Shown here piece by piece: positions 41,901 through 55,672 of a DNA stretch of 64,000 bases. The notes beneath the pieces were generated by a model. That model made no database searches. It saw nothing but the letters and a program-made list of their open reading frames with translations, and was not told the origin of the DNA. The position numbers and the translations under genes are program-made. Every line of letters starts with the position of its first letter. The stretch's first letter is position 1. This DNA is from Lingula anatina (Eukaryota > Animalia > Brachiopoda): NCBI GenBank assembly GCA_051362555.1, contig CM120647.1, forward strand, positions 20,374,651-20,438,650. The letters are read 5' to 3'.

Positions 41901-43800
41901 GAAACCATGTGGTTTCATGAATAAGAGCGCTTCACGTTTAACAGATATTTCTTTAATGTCAAGGTAAATTACTCTCTCTTTTTTATTATATAACAATAGT
42001 TAAAGGCTAATAGTTTGAATTGCAAAGGTAAAACAATAATGGGCAAACTAGAAGTAGGTCTTATAACTTAAGTGTGTAAGCGAAAGCCCTCATTAGAGAA
42101 CCTGTAACACAAGTTAATGAGTATACTTAGATCATAACGCAACGAAAGGTAAAATAATAACGAACTCAGTCTAAGTACTTTTATTTGTTTATTGCAGGAT
42201 TACAGTAGAGGGTGAAGACATCAACGTTTTCACTGTTAATATAATGGAGAATCATGACTTGTATTTAAGGAAGAATAAAGATATACAATTGCAATATGAG
42301 CCTCCGTTATAGCATACATGATACGGAAAGCCATTTTGGCCAATTTAGACCTTTTAAACGCATCTGTCTTCTTTAAAAAGAGCGAATCATACTGAAACCC
42401 TTCACCACTCACGGCTTTCAACGCTGCATGGCATTGTAATCAGTTGCAGTGACTCAGATATATTTTGTTAAGTAGCATTACATAAAGAAGTAAAGCGACG
42501 CCAGCATACAAAAAGCAATGTGCTTTATATCCCAAGCCTCGCTTTGAAACACACAAAACAAACCGAATGGAAATAAATTAAATTCGCCTCAGATTATCAG
42601 AGAGACGAGCATTTTTTAACAGTCATACTGCAGCATATTGGTATACTGTCTTTGGTTCTGTAAGGAACACTATCATGATTGGATATCCACTGCTTGCAGC
42701 GTTAGTTTGGATTTCTTGTATTGACAGTGGATTCTCAGCTCCAGGTAAATATGTGAATGTAATATGTATGGTATGAATGTAATTACTGCTTTCCCATCAG
42801 GGTACATTATGAAAAGGGGGTTGAACTCCCAAGACGAAAGTACGTTGAGTGCATTGATAACCCTGAAATTTTGTCTTTTCACACAAGTGGCCTTAATATA
42901 TATAAATATAGATAGATGGTGTTCCATGGGCATTGTTTAAATCATGCCTGTCTGAGCGTGAACAATCAGTATTGCCTATCGCGTCTCATGCTAATCACCA
43001 TCAACACCACTAGCTTTTGGCGTACCACAAAGCTCTGTGTTCGGCCCATCCTGTTCACACACAGATTTATATTTTTACGGCAGGCCATCAATTTTGATAC
43101 CATCTATCCAGACACATATAAGTCAGTTGAGTCAATGACTTAAGGCCAATTCACTATTTATTAATGAGGGTAAAAAACAGAAGTTAGTTCACTTTTTCTC
43201 TCGATTTTCTCAAGATGCCGAACAATCAAAGATCGGAAACAGCATGGTCACGGTAACAGATGAGGTTAAAAACCTAGGAGTCATTTTTATAACAGGTGCG
43301 ATATGGCCGTGGACATCAGTATCCAGAGCCGTTTTCTATGGTCTTTAAAAATCTCCAAACTATCCCATTACCATTGACAAATGTCAAATGGAGAGGCTTG
43401 CCCATGACTTCATAACTTTACATCTTGAGGACGGAAACAGTCTGCAGAATGGTCTTTTTTTTTTTTTTTTGTTCCAAATTGAAAAACTACAATCTGTCCA
43501 AAATGCTGCAGCACGACTACTGACCAAATCCCCTCTCAGATCAAGCATTTCACCTATTCGAACCTATTCTTATTTGAACTACATTGGCTTCCAGTACGAA
43601 AGAGAATTGTTCTTTTAAGAAATACTACTGTTTGTTTTTAAATTCACCAGAATGCCCTTCATATTTTATTCTCTGCTACATCCAAGCTCAGCCAGTCCAC
43701 CTTTACTCTTTGTTTTACCAGAATTGACAAAGAAATACAAAACCTACGGCCACAGGCCATTTTCAATTGCAGCACCCATTTTTTGGAAAGAACTACCCTC
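35951..43800 (+). repeat. Higher-order segmental duplication unit (copies 5+6), repeated at about 54880-64000 (copies 8+9)
   Basis: Long near-identical non-coding stretches, e.g. 35951-38445 vs 54880-58995 (apart from the Tc1 palindrome), 40570-41600 vs 61824-63020, and 42550-42860 vs 63110-63410. Confidence 0.9.
37418..40569 (+). CDS. Secreted pentraxin-domain protein, copy 5 (A-type leader); exons 37418-37493, 38755-39144, 40343-40569; 230 aa
   Basis: Leader MFGHFLLAALALTCRIGSGSASPGS; canonical phase-1 GT-AG introns; intact frame. Confidence 0.88.
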
Positions 43801-45383
43801 ACGCATTCGGACAATAGATAGTGTTAAGGTTTTAAAAAATTACATGTAATTCTGATATTTTTTTTTTGTAAACAGCATTGAGACGGAAGTGCAGTGCAGT
43901 TTTTAAGAAATAAATAAATGTTATTATTATTATTATTATAAAATAATATGTGAACCTAATATCTGCCTATATATCTTGTCTTTCTTCGACCCAAATGTAC
44001 CCATGAAATATAGCACAGTGCTGAGCTTATTTATGACCCGATTAAGCCGATTTTCGTGTGCATCGAAATGCTTCTTTGAAAACAATGCAAAAATAAATGA
44101 AACAAACTTCTCCAACAAGATTACGAAATTAACCCCATGCATTTGCTTTATTGGATATAGCGTTTAACATCTTGCTGGTATTGTAGAAATATATGAGGGA
44201 CAGAATATCTTTTGTATTTTTAGACCTCGTTCTTAGATATCATAATGAAAAATACACAAAAAGGTAGGAGTGTCGCAGACTGTTATCATTATTTTGGTTC
44301 CTGTTGCTGTTTGTTTGTATGTGCCTGTGTATGAAGGTTTATGTACACGTGGGTGAATATCCACCCTACCTACTGACCAAATATGACAATTAAGGTCCCT
44401 CATATACAAGTGGTACGTACACCATGTAAAGGACTAGACACTGAGCAATAAGTTGAGTAAATTGTGGCTTTGAGATATATTTGAAATTGAGAGAATATGG
44501 GAAGTGTCACGAAGGAACAACTGATATTGCGTGGTAGGCCATAACAGAAGTGTTGTCATAAAAAGGTTGAAAAAAATACTTTTAAAACAAGAACTTTGAC
44601 ATTTTAATCTTTTCGTCAATGCAGATGAAATCTTGTTATCTTTGTTGAAAATTAGGGTTGGCAATTTTAATTTTAAAAAGTGGAGAATGTAGAAAAAATC
44701 ACGCGAGCAGATGTGTTTTATTGTCATACAACGTTGTGCAGTGTGCATTAAAAAACAAAATGTGCATTAACCTTGATCTGAGATAACCACAGACAGATAA
44801 TATCTTTAAAGGCGCAGACTAGAATATTTTGGTTAACTCTGCCTTTTTTGCCTGAGACATCCACAGTGTATGCTGATTTACTGCAGTCGTTCTGACTTCT
44901 TGTTATGACAGTGAGGCCTCATCTTCACTGAAGGAAATTGGGGTGTCATAGACTGCGTTCCCGTACTTAGATCGATATACCAGGTTCGATCCATCTCTAA
45001 GAGGTTTCTCGCTAAATTGATTTCAGCTTAAGAGGTTTAGATGTCTGGAAAGCCTACTGAAGCTGCTAAACGATATTTAATTATATGCTAGAAGCTTCAC
45101 AGGCGTGACAGACAGCCAAGCCCCTTACGTTGATAGCAATTTAGCGAGAATCCCCTTGGAGATAGATAGATCCACAGTAAGTACAATAAGGTCTGGGAAT
45201 AGTCATGAACAGATTGTTTAAAAAGGTTCCATGAAGGCGCTACTTGTATTTTACTAGAATGTATTGCTTGTCTTCTGAGGGGGAGTTGATGTGAAAGCTG
45301 CAACCGTTTTAAGTTTGTGGCACATATGATGTTTGTGACCATGTGGTTACCAGTCGGCAATCGATTGCTACAATCCTGCGACC

Positions 45384-45435
<52 letters not shown>

Positions 45436-46800
45436 ATCAAGTGGTTACTGACAGGTTGTTTACCACTCGGCAAACGATGTGACTTGAAACTTAAAAGTGG
45501 TATTTAAGATGTTGCAGATACTGTAACCTTGTTGCAACTGGTTTGCGACTGTTTGCCGAGCAAAATGTGTCAAAGCTTCTTATTCAGCTCGCAATGTGAT
45601 TGCAAGCTACCGCCATATTATGATGTTGCTAGAAGTTTGTCCTAGTCTTTACTATCTTCGTTTTGGTGTTGTGGCAGTGATCTTGTCCTTCATGTCAGCG
45701 TTCATTTTTAAATTTCAGTTGATGATCGAGTTCTGCACTTTCCCGAGCCAGGTAGCACCCTATCATGGTCACTATTTCACACAAGTACCCCTGATTTAAA
45801 CGCCTTCACAGCCTGCGCATGGGTCAAAACCATCCGCACCACAAGCGGCCCCATTCTATCCTACGGCTCAGAGAGTTGTCGCCAGTGTATTGAACTTGGA
45901 TACAGCCCCGTTGGTCACGGCTACTCGGTTGTTTTGAAAGGCGATAATGTACTGAATAGATCCTCTCGTGCCGAAGCGCCCCTACCGGCCGATGGGAACT
46001 GGCACCACTGGTGTGTGGTGTGGAGTGGTGCCAAGAAAGAGGTTAATGTCTACAGGGATGGTCTCCACGCGCTGAGTCAACATGTTAAAGTTTCACGTAT
46101 ACCTGGAGGTAAAATGACATACTAATTTGGATAATATGGACATTTATTTCTCCTTGCTGTAGTCTCTTATCTTTCCATCATATCAATATGAGCAAACAGG
46201 GCACAGCATGTTTAAAAAACTTTACTGTAAACATCGTATACACTTCTTCACTGAACTGTCAAACGATTCACGGGGTTGCTTATGGTGATCATATCATAGT
46301 ATTCACTTGTAACATAACGACCATAGTTTTTTTTCTTCAAGATTTTTATATCAATCAATTGATATGACCCATGATCTGGCATAGTGGCAAAATGTTTTAA
46401 TATTTTTTACTTTAATTTAGGACCCATCAACGGATCGAGTCCTTCGATCTGACGAATGCAGTATGTATAACTTCTGTGAATATGTAATTTTTACATAACA
46501 TTATTGTTTCAACTTGTTATGAATAAATAAGTCTTGGGTTTAAATTATGTTTCATTCTATTACACGATTTCAGGTGGTAAATGGGTTGTTGGACACACTC
46601 AGTGTGAGGCAAGTCCTGATACTCTTCCTAAACATCCATCATTTGTGGGATTCGTCGGCGGCGTCAACGTCTGGAACCATGATAAAGTCGACATCCCCGG
46701 CCTGGCAATATGTGCCAATACTAACGAGGGAAGTCTCATATCCTGGGATACTGTCACCAAGACTAACTTCAAGGTCGCAACATATGAGGAACATTGTTAA
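42675..46800 (+). CDS. Secreted pentraxin-domain protein, copy 6 (B-type leader); exons 42675-42744, 45719-46108, 46574-46800; 228 aa
   Basis: Leader MIGYPLLAALVWISCIDSGFSAP, CCAG|gtaaat; acceptor tttcag|TTGATGATCGA gives VDDRVLHFPEP; intact frame. Confidence 0.85.
43200..43940 (+). mobile_element. LINE (L2/CR1 group) 3' remnant in intron 1 of copy 6
   Basis: KLQSVQNAAARLLT, HWLPV-like and TYGHRPFSIAAP..W..LP segments; AATAAA plus (TTA)n tail. Confidence 0.8.
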
Positions 46801-48615
46801 AATGTTACCACTACATTTACTTTTCTGTTATATGCCATTGGTCTATATCCTATATGGATCGCCATTAAAGTATCAACACCTCTTCCTTTTGCTTTGGGAT
46901 TGTACTTTTAGATTGGAATGAACAATATGTTTCAGAAACAAAATACCAAGTTAATAAAGATTTGCCGAAAGCAACCATATGGATTCGATGTGAATGTGAT
47001 ACCCTAGTTAATTTTGTAATTATTGGAATTTTATAAAAACCATCCGGGCTGTTTCTAACGAATACGTGATCTATTCACACCTACAGTTGTTTTCCACATG
47101 ACCTCATTACAAAAAGACTTAGAAAAAAACATAATGAGAGCGTATGTGAATTTAAAATGCATATCTCTCGGTCAGCTATTTTATTCCTTTGAATTAACCT
47201 CCATGACTGACTTGCAACTCGCCACATCACATCTTAATCAATTAAAACTCTTTCCATCAATTACAAAATGCAATGTAAATTAACTTTTAATGGCCGACAC
47301 GCAACCAGCATCATATACATATACTTAGATCTGAATATGTTAAAGGTAAATGCTTGATAAAACCTTAATTAGCATACTATTTTCCATCAGTTTAATTATA
47401 TCAGAATATATCCTTAAATTACATTCAAGTCACCATGGTTATGAATTAAGGATTCACCACATATGTTTAATTCTTCTGTGCCTGTGAAGCTGAGCCAGTC
47501 TGATTCAAATATCGTTTTGTCCTGTTTTATTGAATTTACCCTTCTTCCCCTATTTTTGATATCACGGCATCCAGCTGCCTTACAAAATAGCAGCGCGTTT
47601 TTATTCAGCTGCCCAATTGTTATCATAACGAGACAGCAGTCCGAAGATCTATTTGAATATCGTCACCAAAAATTGACCGATCACAATTTTCTTATTAAAA
47701 TTTTCCCTTACTCACAATTAAAAATTGTTAATTTTTGTTGTTGATTTAAATTATTGATATTGTAAAAAAAATTAAGAAATATTTCGTGTTTGTAGAAAAC
47801 AGTAGGGTTTTAGTAACAGAACCGCATGGGGTGATGAATAATACAACAAAAAGGAAAATGTTGCCTTTAAAGTAGTTAATTTCCTTGCACTTATATGTAT
47901 CCGGTAGATAAGTAATTGACATACACACAACGAGAAAAAGCCATTTTGGCCAATTTAGGCCTTTGTAAATAACAACTTATAAAACGATTCACAAGGAATT
48001 AGGTCTCAAGCTGTTTACAAGCGATTAAATAAAAGCAACTTTCCCAGCAAGATTATGATATGAACCCGCATGTATTTGCTGTATTGGATGTAGCGTTTAA
48101 CATCTTGCTGGTATTGTAGAAATATATAAGGGAGAAAATATATATTTTGTATTTTTAGGCATCGTTCTTAGATATCATAATGCAAAATGCACAAAAAGTT
48201 ATGAGGAGTGTCGTAGACTGTTATAATTATTTTGGTTCCTGTTGTTTGTGTGTATGGACCTGGCTGTGGTTTGTAATGGTATGTAGAAAAGGATTCCAAT
48301 AACGATATGTAAGTACGCCAAAACACCCTCCAAATGAATGACTTAAATACTGCTATTAGAAGTGTATAATGTCTCTTTAATGCAAAAAAAAAACTTGTTG
48401 CATTAGTTTTTCAGTTTAAATGTTTCATTGAACATGCAGACAAACTACAAAAAGACGTGAGTATAATAAAGAAAATGTGATTTAGACTCGTGTCTCGATT
48501 TGAAACGACAAACCTGTATAGATTAGCCACGTATCTTGTCATCCGAGAAGCAAGCATATGTTTAGAGTCATTCTGCAGTAGGTCCTGTGCCATCCTATTT
48601 TTCGTGAGAGCCGCA

Positions 48616-48709
48616 ATGTGTGGACATTTCCTGCTTGCAGCGTTGGCTTTGTCTTGTTGTATTGGCAGCGAAGCAATACTCCCAGTGCCAGGTATTTAGC
48701 TTGAGCTAC

Positions 48710-48788
<79 letters not shown>

Positions 48789-51700
48789 CGGCTTTGGCTT
48801 TGTGTTATTGAATTGGCAGCAAATCAGCAAAACCAGTGCTAATTATTTAGATTGAGCTACATAAAATCTTTATATATAATGTTTTTAAAATGTATTATAT
48901 GTTTATGGAACATTGTGAATAAGGAATTATATAATATTAGTCCATTTGCTTACTTATTTCATTCATAACATTTAAACACCATATGGTTTCATAACTAAGA
49001 CAATCTTAGATTTTGCCTGCGGTTATTACTTTTAACTACTTACGTGTATTGCACTGTTAACGAAACCCACTATGATGTCGTTCTCTAATATTTACCTATT
49101 TATTGCTCGAAATATGGTAAGACAATTTCAGATACTCGACTCCTGATGCTTATTAAAAGGATTTGTGTGTTTTTGTGCATGGGTCGGTGGGTGGGTATTT
49201 TATAACTTTTGTATTGCTGAAAAGTTACTTTTTAAAGGCACTTATGGCCGTGCTTCGTAGATAAGTCTACTTAAAAAAGGAGATCATCCAATATCGATAT
49301 GTAAGTACGCCATTAATGCCCCCAAGTGACTAAAATGCTGCTATTAGAGGTGTATAATGGGTCCAATGTGCTCTAAAAAACTCATGGCATTGGTATTTAA
49401 GTTTAAATATATCATTAACCATGCAAGCAGGAAAACTGCAAAAAGACGTGAGTATAATAAAGACAATGCATTTTAGACTCATGTCTCGTTTCGAAAGTGC
49501 ACGCCCACATAGATAAACCTCGGATCACACTAGAAGCAAGCATATGTTTACAGTCAGTCTGCAGTAGGCCATATACCATCATTTCTATTGCGAAAGCCAC
49601 CATGTTTGGGCATTTCCTGCTTCCGGCTTTGGCTTGGGCTTATTGAATTGGCAGCAAATCAGCAAAACCATTGCCAAGTATTTAGATTGAGCTACATAAT
49701 TTTTTTTATATAATATGTTTTTTTATATAATGTATGATATGTTTATGGAACATTGTGAATAAGGAATCAGTAAACAGATTAACATAAAGTTTGGCCAAAC
49801 GAAAAGTTTATAGTCAGATCTCCCTTTTCGCGTGAAGGATCCTATTAGGTTTTAAGCTCAAAATCCCTACCTGGGAATTTCCCACAATTTTTGACTGATA
49901 AATGAAAATAAGGATTAAAAATTTGTTCTAATAACTTTTAATTATCTCTTTGATGTCATTGTGACATCAGTTCGTTAATGGAATTCCTAAGAGAAGCAAA
50001 CAAAACACATTGCCTTTTCTACTTCATACGACAACCATTAAAAGAGATATTTTGGATCTCCATATTTTCCAAAAAGAGTCACACGCCTCACAAAGGACCC
50101 TCATGTCAGTGTCTAGTCACAGTAACAGTCGCTTTTACGCTTGACCTCTTCCGGCTGCTACCAGCGCTGTCAAGTGGCAAGGCATTCCTTGGGATAGGTT
50201 TTTAGAGTTCAATCTGGAATAACATTCCAGGTATCGGACAAAAACTCCAATTTGGTCCAGTTTTGTTGTCGGACATGTAGGCCATTCATTTGGCGAGTAA
50301 TGGCCTATCCACATATTGTCTACGTGGTTCAAATATGGATGTTTTGATGACCAAGGTAGCTGTTCATTCCCTTGGTTCTCTAAGTAATCTGTTATTAAAA
50401 GTGCTCTGTGTGAACCGGCAATCTCACCGTACAACCTTAAATTGTTCCTAAGGCGCCCCCAATCAAATAATAGTCAAGTGGTTCCCAGATTATTCCTTTA
50501 TTTAATCTGATTCAGGTTTTCGTAGATGACTGCCATTGGTGTTTTGGCACCAATGTGGTATCCACTTCAAATACTTACGCTGTTTATGACCTAATTCACT
50601 TTAGACGCGGCACACACTTCGTCGTTGGCCTCTTCTGGATGTCTGTAAACTCTGTTTCGACTAGTTGAGCGGTACAGGTGAAATCTGACCTCAATAAAGA
50701 AAGCCACGAGGTTTCAGTGTTCAACCCAGAAACGATCAAGGTCCCCAGTTAATTAGACAAACATACAACGATGTTGTGCTGTTTACAGTGGGTTCCTCGG
50801 AGGTTGTCTGGTATTCTAACCTGCTAAAACCAGTTTGATGTTCGCTAAGGGCCTTGAAAATGCGTTTTGGTGGTAATTTACCCCTCCTTCTGAACGGACT
50901 GGGTGGTTTTTGTTTAGTTGCAACAGCATATCCAGAAAGACAATTGGTCCTGTACCCTGGTGGTAAGATTTTCATACATTGGATATGGCCTGTATGTAGG
51001 TATATCAGTCTGGGCATTACTCTATAAAACTAAAACTGTGCGGACCGTTTGGCTTGGCGCAGTTAACTGTCTGTCACTGAATACCTGGTACCTCGTATTC
51101 AGTTAATTGGAAGCGACACACTTCTCCATTCACATATCTTATATGAGATTTTTTTTTTTAAAGAACGCATTCCTACCTAGGCATATCCTCGAAACTGAAA
51201 TATTCCATATCATATGTCAAGTCTGTATTTCTCCCTACCTCTAGTTCCTGATTTTCTACAACTAACTGATCTATTATGTTGTAAACCTAGGATCGAACTG
51301 AACTGTTTTATGCAAGAAGCATAGATTCACCAAATCATTTGATAATGTACACAAAGGACTAATATACAGCCAAAACTCCTAAGAGAGCCCCCCCCCCCAA
51401 AAAAAAAAAAATATATTTTTTTTTTATCTCACGAAAGCAGTTCAACTTAAGATCAATCTGCCTGAATTTCAATCTGGCCTGTGTCATGTACAACATTAGG
51501 GGATGGCTTCATGTTTCATCAAAACAGAACACTTGCTCACAGTTCTCGTCTGGGGAGTGATTTGTTGCAGAAACCCAATGTTCTGAGGAGGGAGCAACCA
51601 TCTTTAAACCCTTATATTAACCCTACTGAGCACCTGTGGCATGAATTGGAGTGTGCAATTCAGCGTTGAACCAACCTCCTAATAATCTGGACCAACTCTG

Positions 51701-53466
51701 CCAAGCTCTGTCGGAAGAATGGGACAATACCCCACAAAACAGAACTGTTACCCTTGGTGAAAGCAAGCCGCCTACAGGAGATAATTGCAGTACACGGAAG
51801 ACACGCACGCTATTAGACAAAAAACCTTCAACAAGCAATTCCTAATGCTTTTTGTGTGTAAATTTGGTGACATTTGGTGGTGTATTTTCAATTTAATCAA
51901 CATTTCTTTACTTCTTTGGAAATCACAGTGAAACATTTGATTTAAGGGGTACAGTGTTATGAATGTGAATAAAGGCTATTAAATAGGGATATCTTCACCT
52001 CTGTTAGTAATGATATCTGAAACAAAAACACTATTCATAACAATCTACACTTGATGTGATAATTTGTAAATAAAATTGCTTTTGACAACCTTTTTAACCA
52101 ATGTTGTAAAGCGTGCTATACGTGGTACATGAGACACCTTAAAGAAAAAGTACTGAGAAGTTAATGGTCTGGAGTCATCACTTCAACAGCTTGAATACAA
52201 ATTTCATGTCTGTTGTGTTTTCCATTTCAGTGTTTATATATGTTTCATTTTGGAAAATGGTAAAATGTGTAAGAGTTTTGTTTCAATATGACATAAATTG
52301 TCTTAAAAATATACTAAAAATTAAAAACTTAAAAATTCTTACCATTTGATCAGAATAAGCGTCTTTGTTCTGTTGATGTCCTTTGTTTAAGCCAGTATTC
52401 ATATTTACTTTTACAAGGCGGTCGGGTTCTGCATTTCCCTGAACCAGATAACACCATCTCTTGGTCACATCTACAAGCGAGTACCCCCGATCTGGATGCT
52501 TTTACAGCCTGCACATGGATCAAAAGCACCCGCACAACAAGCGGCCCCATTCTATCCTACGGCTCAGAGAGTTGTCGCCAGTGTATTGAACTTGGATACA
52601 GCCCCGTTGGTCACGGCTACTCGGTTGTTTTGAAAGGCGATAATGTATTGGGTGGGTCCCCTCGTGCTGAAGCACCCCTACCGGCCGATGGGAACTGGCA
52701 CCACTGGTGTGTGGTGTGGAGTGGTGCCAAGAGAGAGGTTAATATCTACAGGGATGGTCTCCACACGCTGAGCCAACTTGTTAAAGTTTCACACATACCC
52801 GGAGGTAATAAGAAAATGGTGTATGGACAGCACGGAAAGATAAATATTTGCTATAGTTATTTGGCTTCCGAGCATATCAATATGAACAACCAGAACAAAG
52901 TATGTAAACAGCTTCAATCCAGACAATTTACTAATTTCTACAGTAAAAATATTCAAATGATTTGCTATTGATATTCATGTTAAACAGGTTAATTCCATTT
53001 CAAAATTTTTGTTATATCAAGTTATCTTATATAATCCATAAACTGGTGTTAATATGTGTAATTTTCCTTTCTCTAATTTAGGACGCATCTAGACGGGAGT
53101 TCTTAACTTTAACGAATTCAGAGTATAATCCTTTGTTAATATGTAACTTTAACAAAGCACTGTTGTTATTATTATAATAATATAAATAATTGGTCAAATA
53201 ATTCAAATAAGCTTTATATTTATAATGACAAAATTCCAGGTGGCAATTGGGTGGTTGGACACACCCATTACGAGGCAACGCCTTATGCAAATCCTAGGCA
53301 TCCCTCATTTGTTGGATTCGTCGGCGGCGTCAACGTCTGGGACCATGATAAAGTCGACATCCCCGGCCTAGCAATTTGTGGAAATACTAACGAGGGCAGT
53401 CTCATATCCTGGAATACTGTCACCAAGAATAACTTCAAGGTTGCGACATATAAAGAGAGCTGTTAA
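48616..53466 (+). CDS. Secreted pentraxin-domain protein, copy 7; exons 48616-48691, 52418-52804, 53240-53466; 229 aa
   Basis: Leader MCGHFLLAALALSCCIGSEAILPVP, CCAG|gtattt; exons 2-3 in frame. This exon 1 was chosen because the nearer exon-1 copy at 49602 has a stop codon. Confidence 0.8.
49602..49677 (+). pseudogene. Dead duplicate of pentraxin exon 1 (a further 3' half-copy lies at about 48787-48860)
   Basis: ATG TTT GGG CAT TTC CTG CTT CCG GCT TTG GCT TGG GCT TAT TGA, a stop at codon 15; preceded by a duplicate of the upstream promoter region. Confidence 0.8.
50100..50700 (-). mobile_element. Highly decayed Tc1-like transposase remnant
   Basis: LPWSSKHPYLNHVDNMW (compare WPxxSPDLNPIENxW) and MP...ALVAAGRG; many disruptions. 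Confidence 0.6.
51470..51960 (+). mobile_element. Decayed Tc1-like transposase 3' remnant
   Basis: FMFHQN...AHS, PSLNPYINPTEHLWHEL, NLDQLCQALSEEWDNTPQ. Confidence 0.7.
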
Positions 53467-55672
53467 AATGCTACCACTTCAATTATTTTCTGTAATTTGA
53501 AATTGGTCAGCATCTTATATTGATCGCCATTAAAGCATAAACACAACTTCCTTTTGCTTTGAAATTTTACTTTTAGATTGGAGAGAACTATATCTTTCAG
53601 TATAGACATACCAAGTTAATAAAGAATTGCTCAAAGGTAATATATGTATTCGACGTGTGTATGGGATCCTTTGTTTATTTTGTTACTACTAGAATTTTAT
53701 GGAAAACATCCGGCCTGATTCTTACTTATACGTGATCTATTCACACCTACAGTTGTCCTTACGTGATATGATTTGGAACATGAATATCACAAAATAAGGG
53801 CTAATAAAGAAACATAATGAGAGTGTATGTGAAGTTAAAATATACGTCTCTCAGTCACCTCTTTTATTCGTTTGAATTAAGTTCTATGACTGACTTGCAA
53901 CTCGTCAAGTCACATCTTAAAGGGATAATAACTCTTCGTATGAGATCTATATTTCACAATAAAAACACTGTTTTACTACAAAAGCAGCAGTTATAGCTAT
54001 TATGCAGATATCTGAATAGATGGCTATACTCTGTTATAATCTCTTAAGTGATTATAACTTTAAACAAAAATTTTTAGAAAAAAATCAGGAACTAACTTTG
54101 AATGTAGAAATGGATTCGTTAATCATTGGTAAGTATAGGAAAATTGTCGTTTACTCCGACAATTTATTTTTTGGCCAAAACGAACAGTTGTTATCCCTTT
54201 AATCATTTAAAACTTATATCTTTCCATCAATAACAGATTGCAGTGTAAAGAAATGTTAAAAGCTGATATGCAACCAGCTTCATATATGTTTATAAATAAA
54301 GGTTTGACTACATATGTTGCAGTGAAAACTCAGCCGTGTCTCTGAAGGTGAGCCGGTATGATTCAAATATTATTTTCCCTATTGTATTGTATTTCCCCTT
54401 CTCTCCCTATTTCTGATGTTATGTCATCCAGGTGCCTAAAAATTGCGGCATGCTTTTTTCACTTCTGTTTTTAGTCAACTGTCCAATTGTTTTCAAAATG
54501 ACAAAGCGGTCCTTACATCTATTTGAATACCGTCATCAAAAGTTGACCAATTTTCTCATTAAAGTTTTTCCTTTCTCACTATTAAAAATTGTTAATTTTT
54601 TTTATTGATTTAAAGTATTGATATCGTAAAAATTTTTTTTTAAAATATTTTGTTTTTGGAAAACTGTAGGGTTTAAGTAACAGAGCCGCATGGGGTGCCA
54701 TGGTGAATAATACAACGAAAAGGAAAATGTTGCTCTTACGGTATTTAATTTCATTGCACGTATATGTATATAAGTAATTGACATACGTGAAACGAGGAAA
54801 AAAGCAACTTGGCAAATTTAAGCCTTTTAAACGCATCTGTCTTCCTTAATAAGAGAGATCATGTTGAAGCCCTTCCCTGGCCATTTCACATAATACAAAG
54901 TTGTACTTTGCCGGCGGTACATTACATGTACGTGCACGTATTACCTTGATGTTTACCAGTAGCTATGATGCTTTAAAACCTTTTAAAAATATTCTTTGTT
55001 TGCAATATAGCAATCAAATTTTAATTATAGACTCTTAATGCTTGAGTTGTGTCTTTTAGGTGTGTTGATAACAGGTTTGACATTTTAGTGAAGGTTATTT
55101 GTCTTTTTCTTGGTTTTAAAAGTGAAAATGAGGTCGAGTCCGGTAATTGCATTGTTAATGTCATTATTTCAGGATTTGTTTTCAATTATTAAATTTAAAA
55201 AATGGAATAAAACATTAAAGCCAAATACAGGAGCAATAATTCATGAATAGGGGAAGTTGTTGTGGAAAAATTCGTTTTAGCGGGAAGGTATCGTGTCGAT
55301 TACCTACCCCTGTATGTACTTTTAAACTTTACCTCAAAGCATGAACCCAGAAATTGGCTTCCATTAACTTTTCTATCTCTTTGGTGACTTTAAATCAACT
55401 TTTGCTTTGCACACTTGTTGAAAGAAGGTTTTGAGAATTTCTACTATAGAGGTACAATTACCTTGACCAGCATGTATGGTCTTCAGAAAAAAAGTCTTCA
55501 AGCAGCTCTTGGAAAACATCGTCAGGGAACAAAGAAAACAAAATTAAAATTGTTGAACCCACAGTGCTAACCGTTAAAGCGAACCATAAATTTACCAGTA
55601 CTATAAAGAGATATTAGCCGATAAAGAATATCTAGTCCATTTTAAAAGCGGTGCTTACTAAGTTCATTTATA

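Noticed and set aside
49873-49882. NF-kB-like site GGGAATTTCC
   Set aside because: A single short match, not conserved at the equivalent position in other copies, and plausible by chance.
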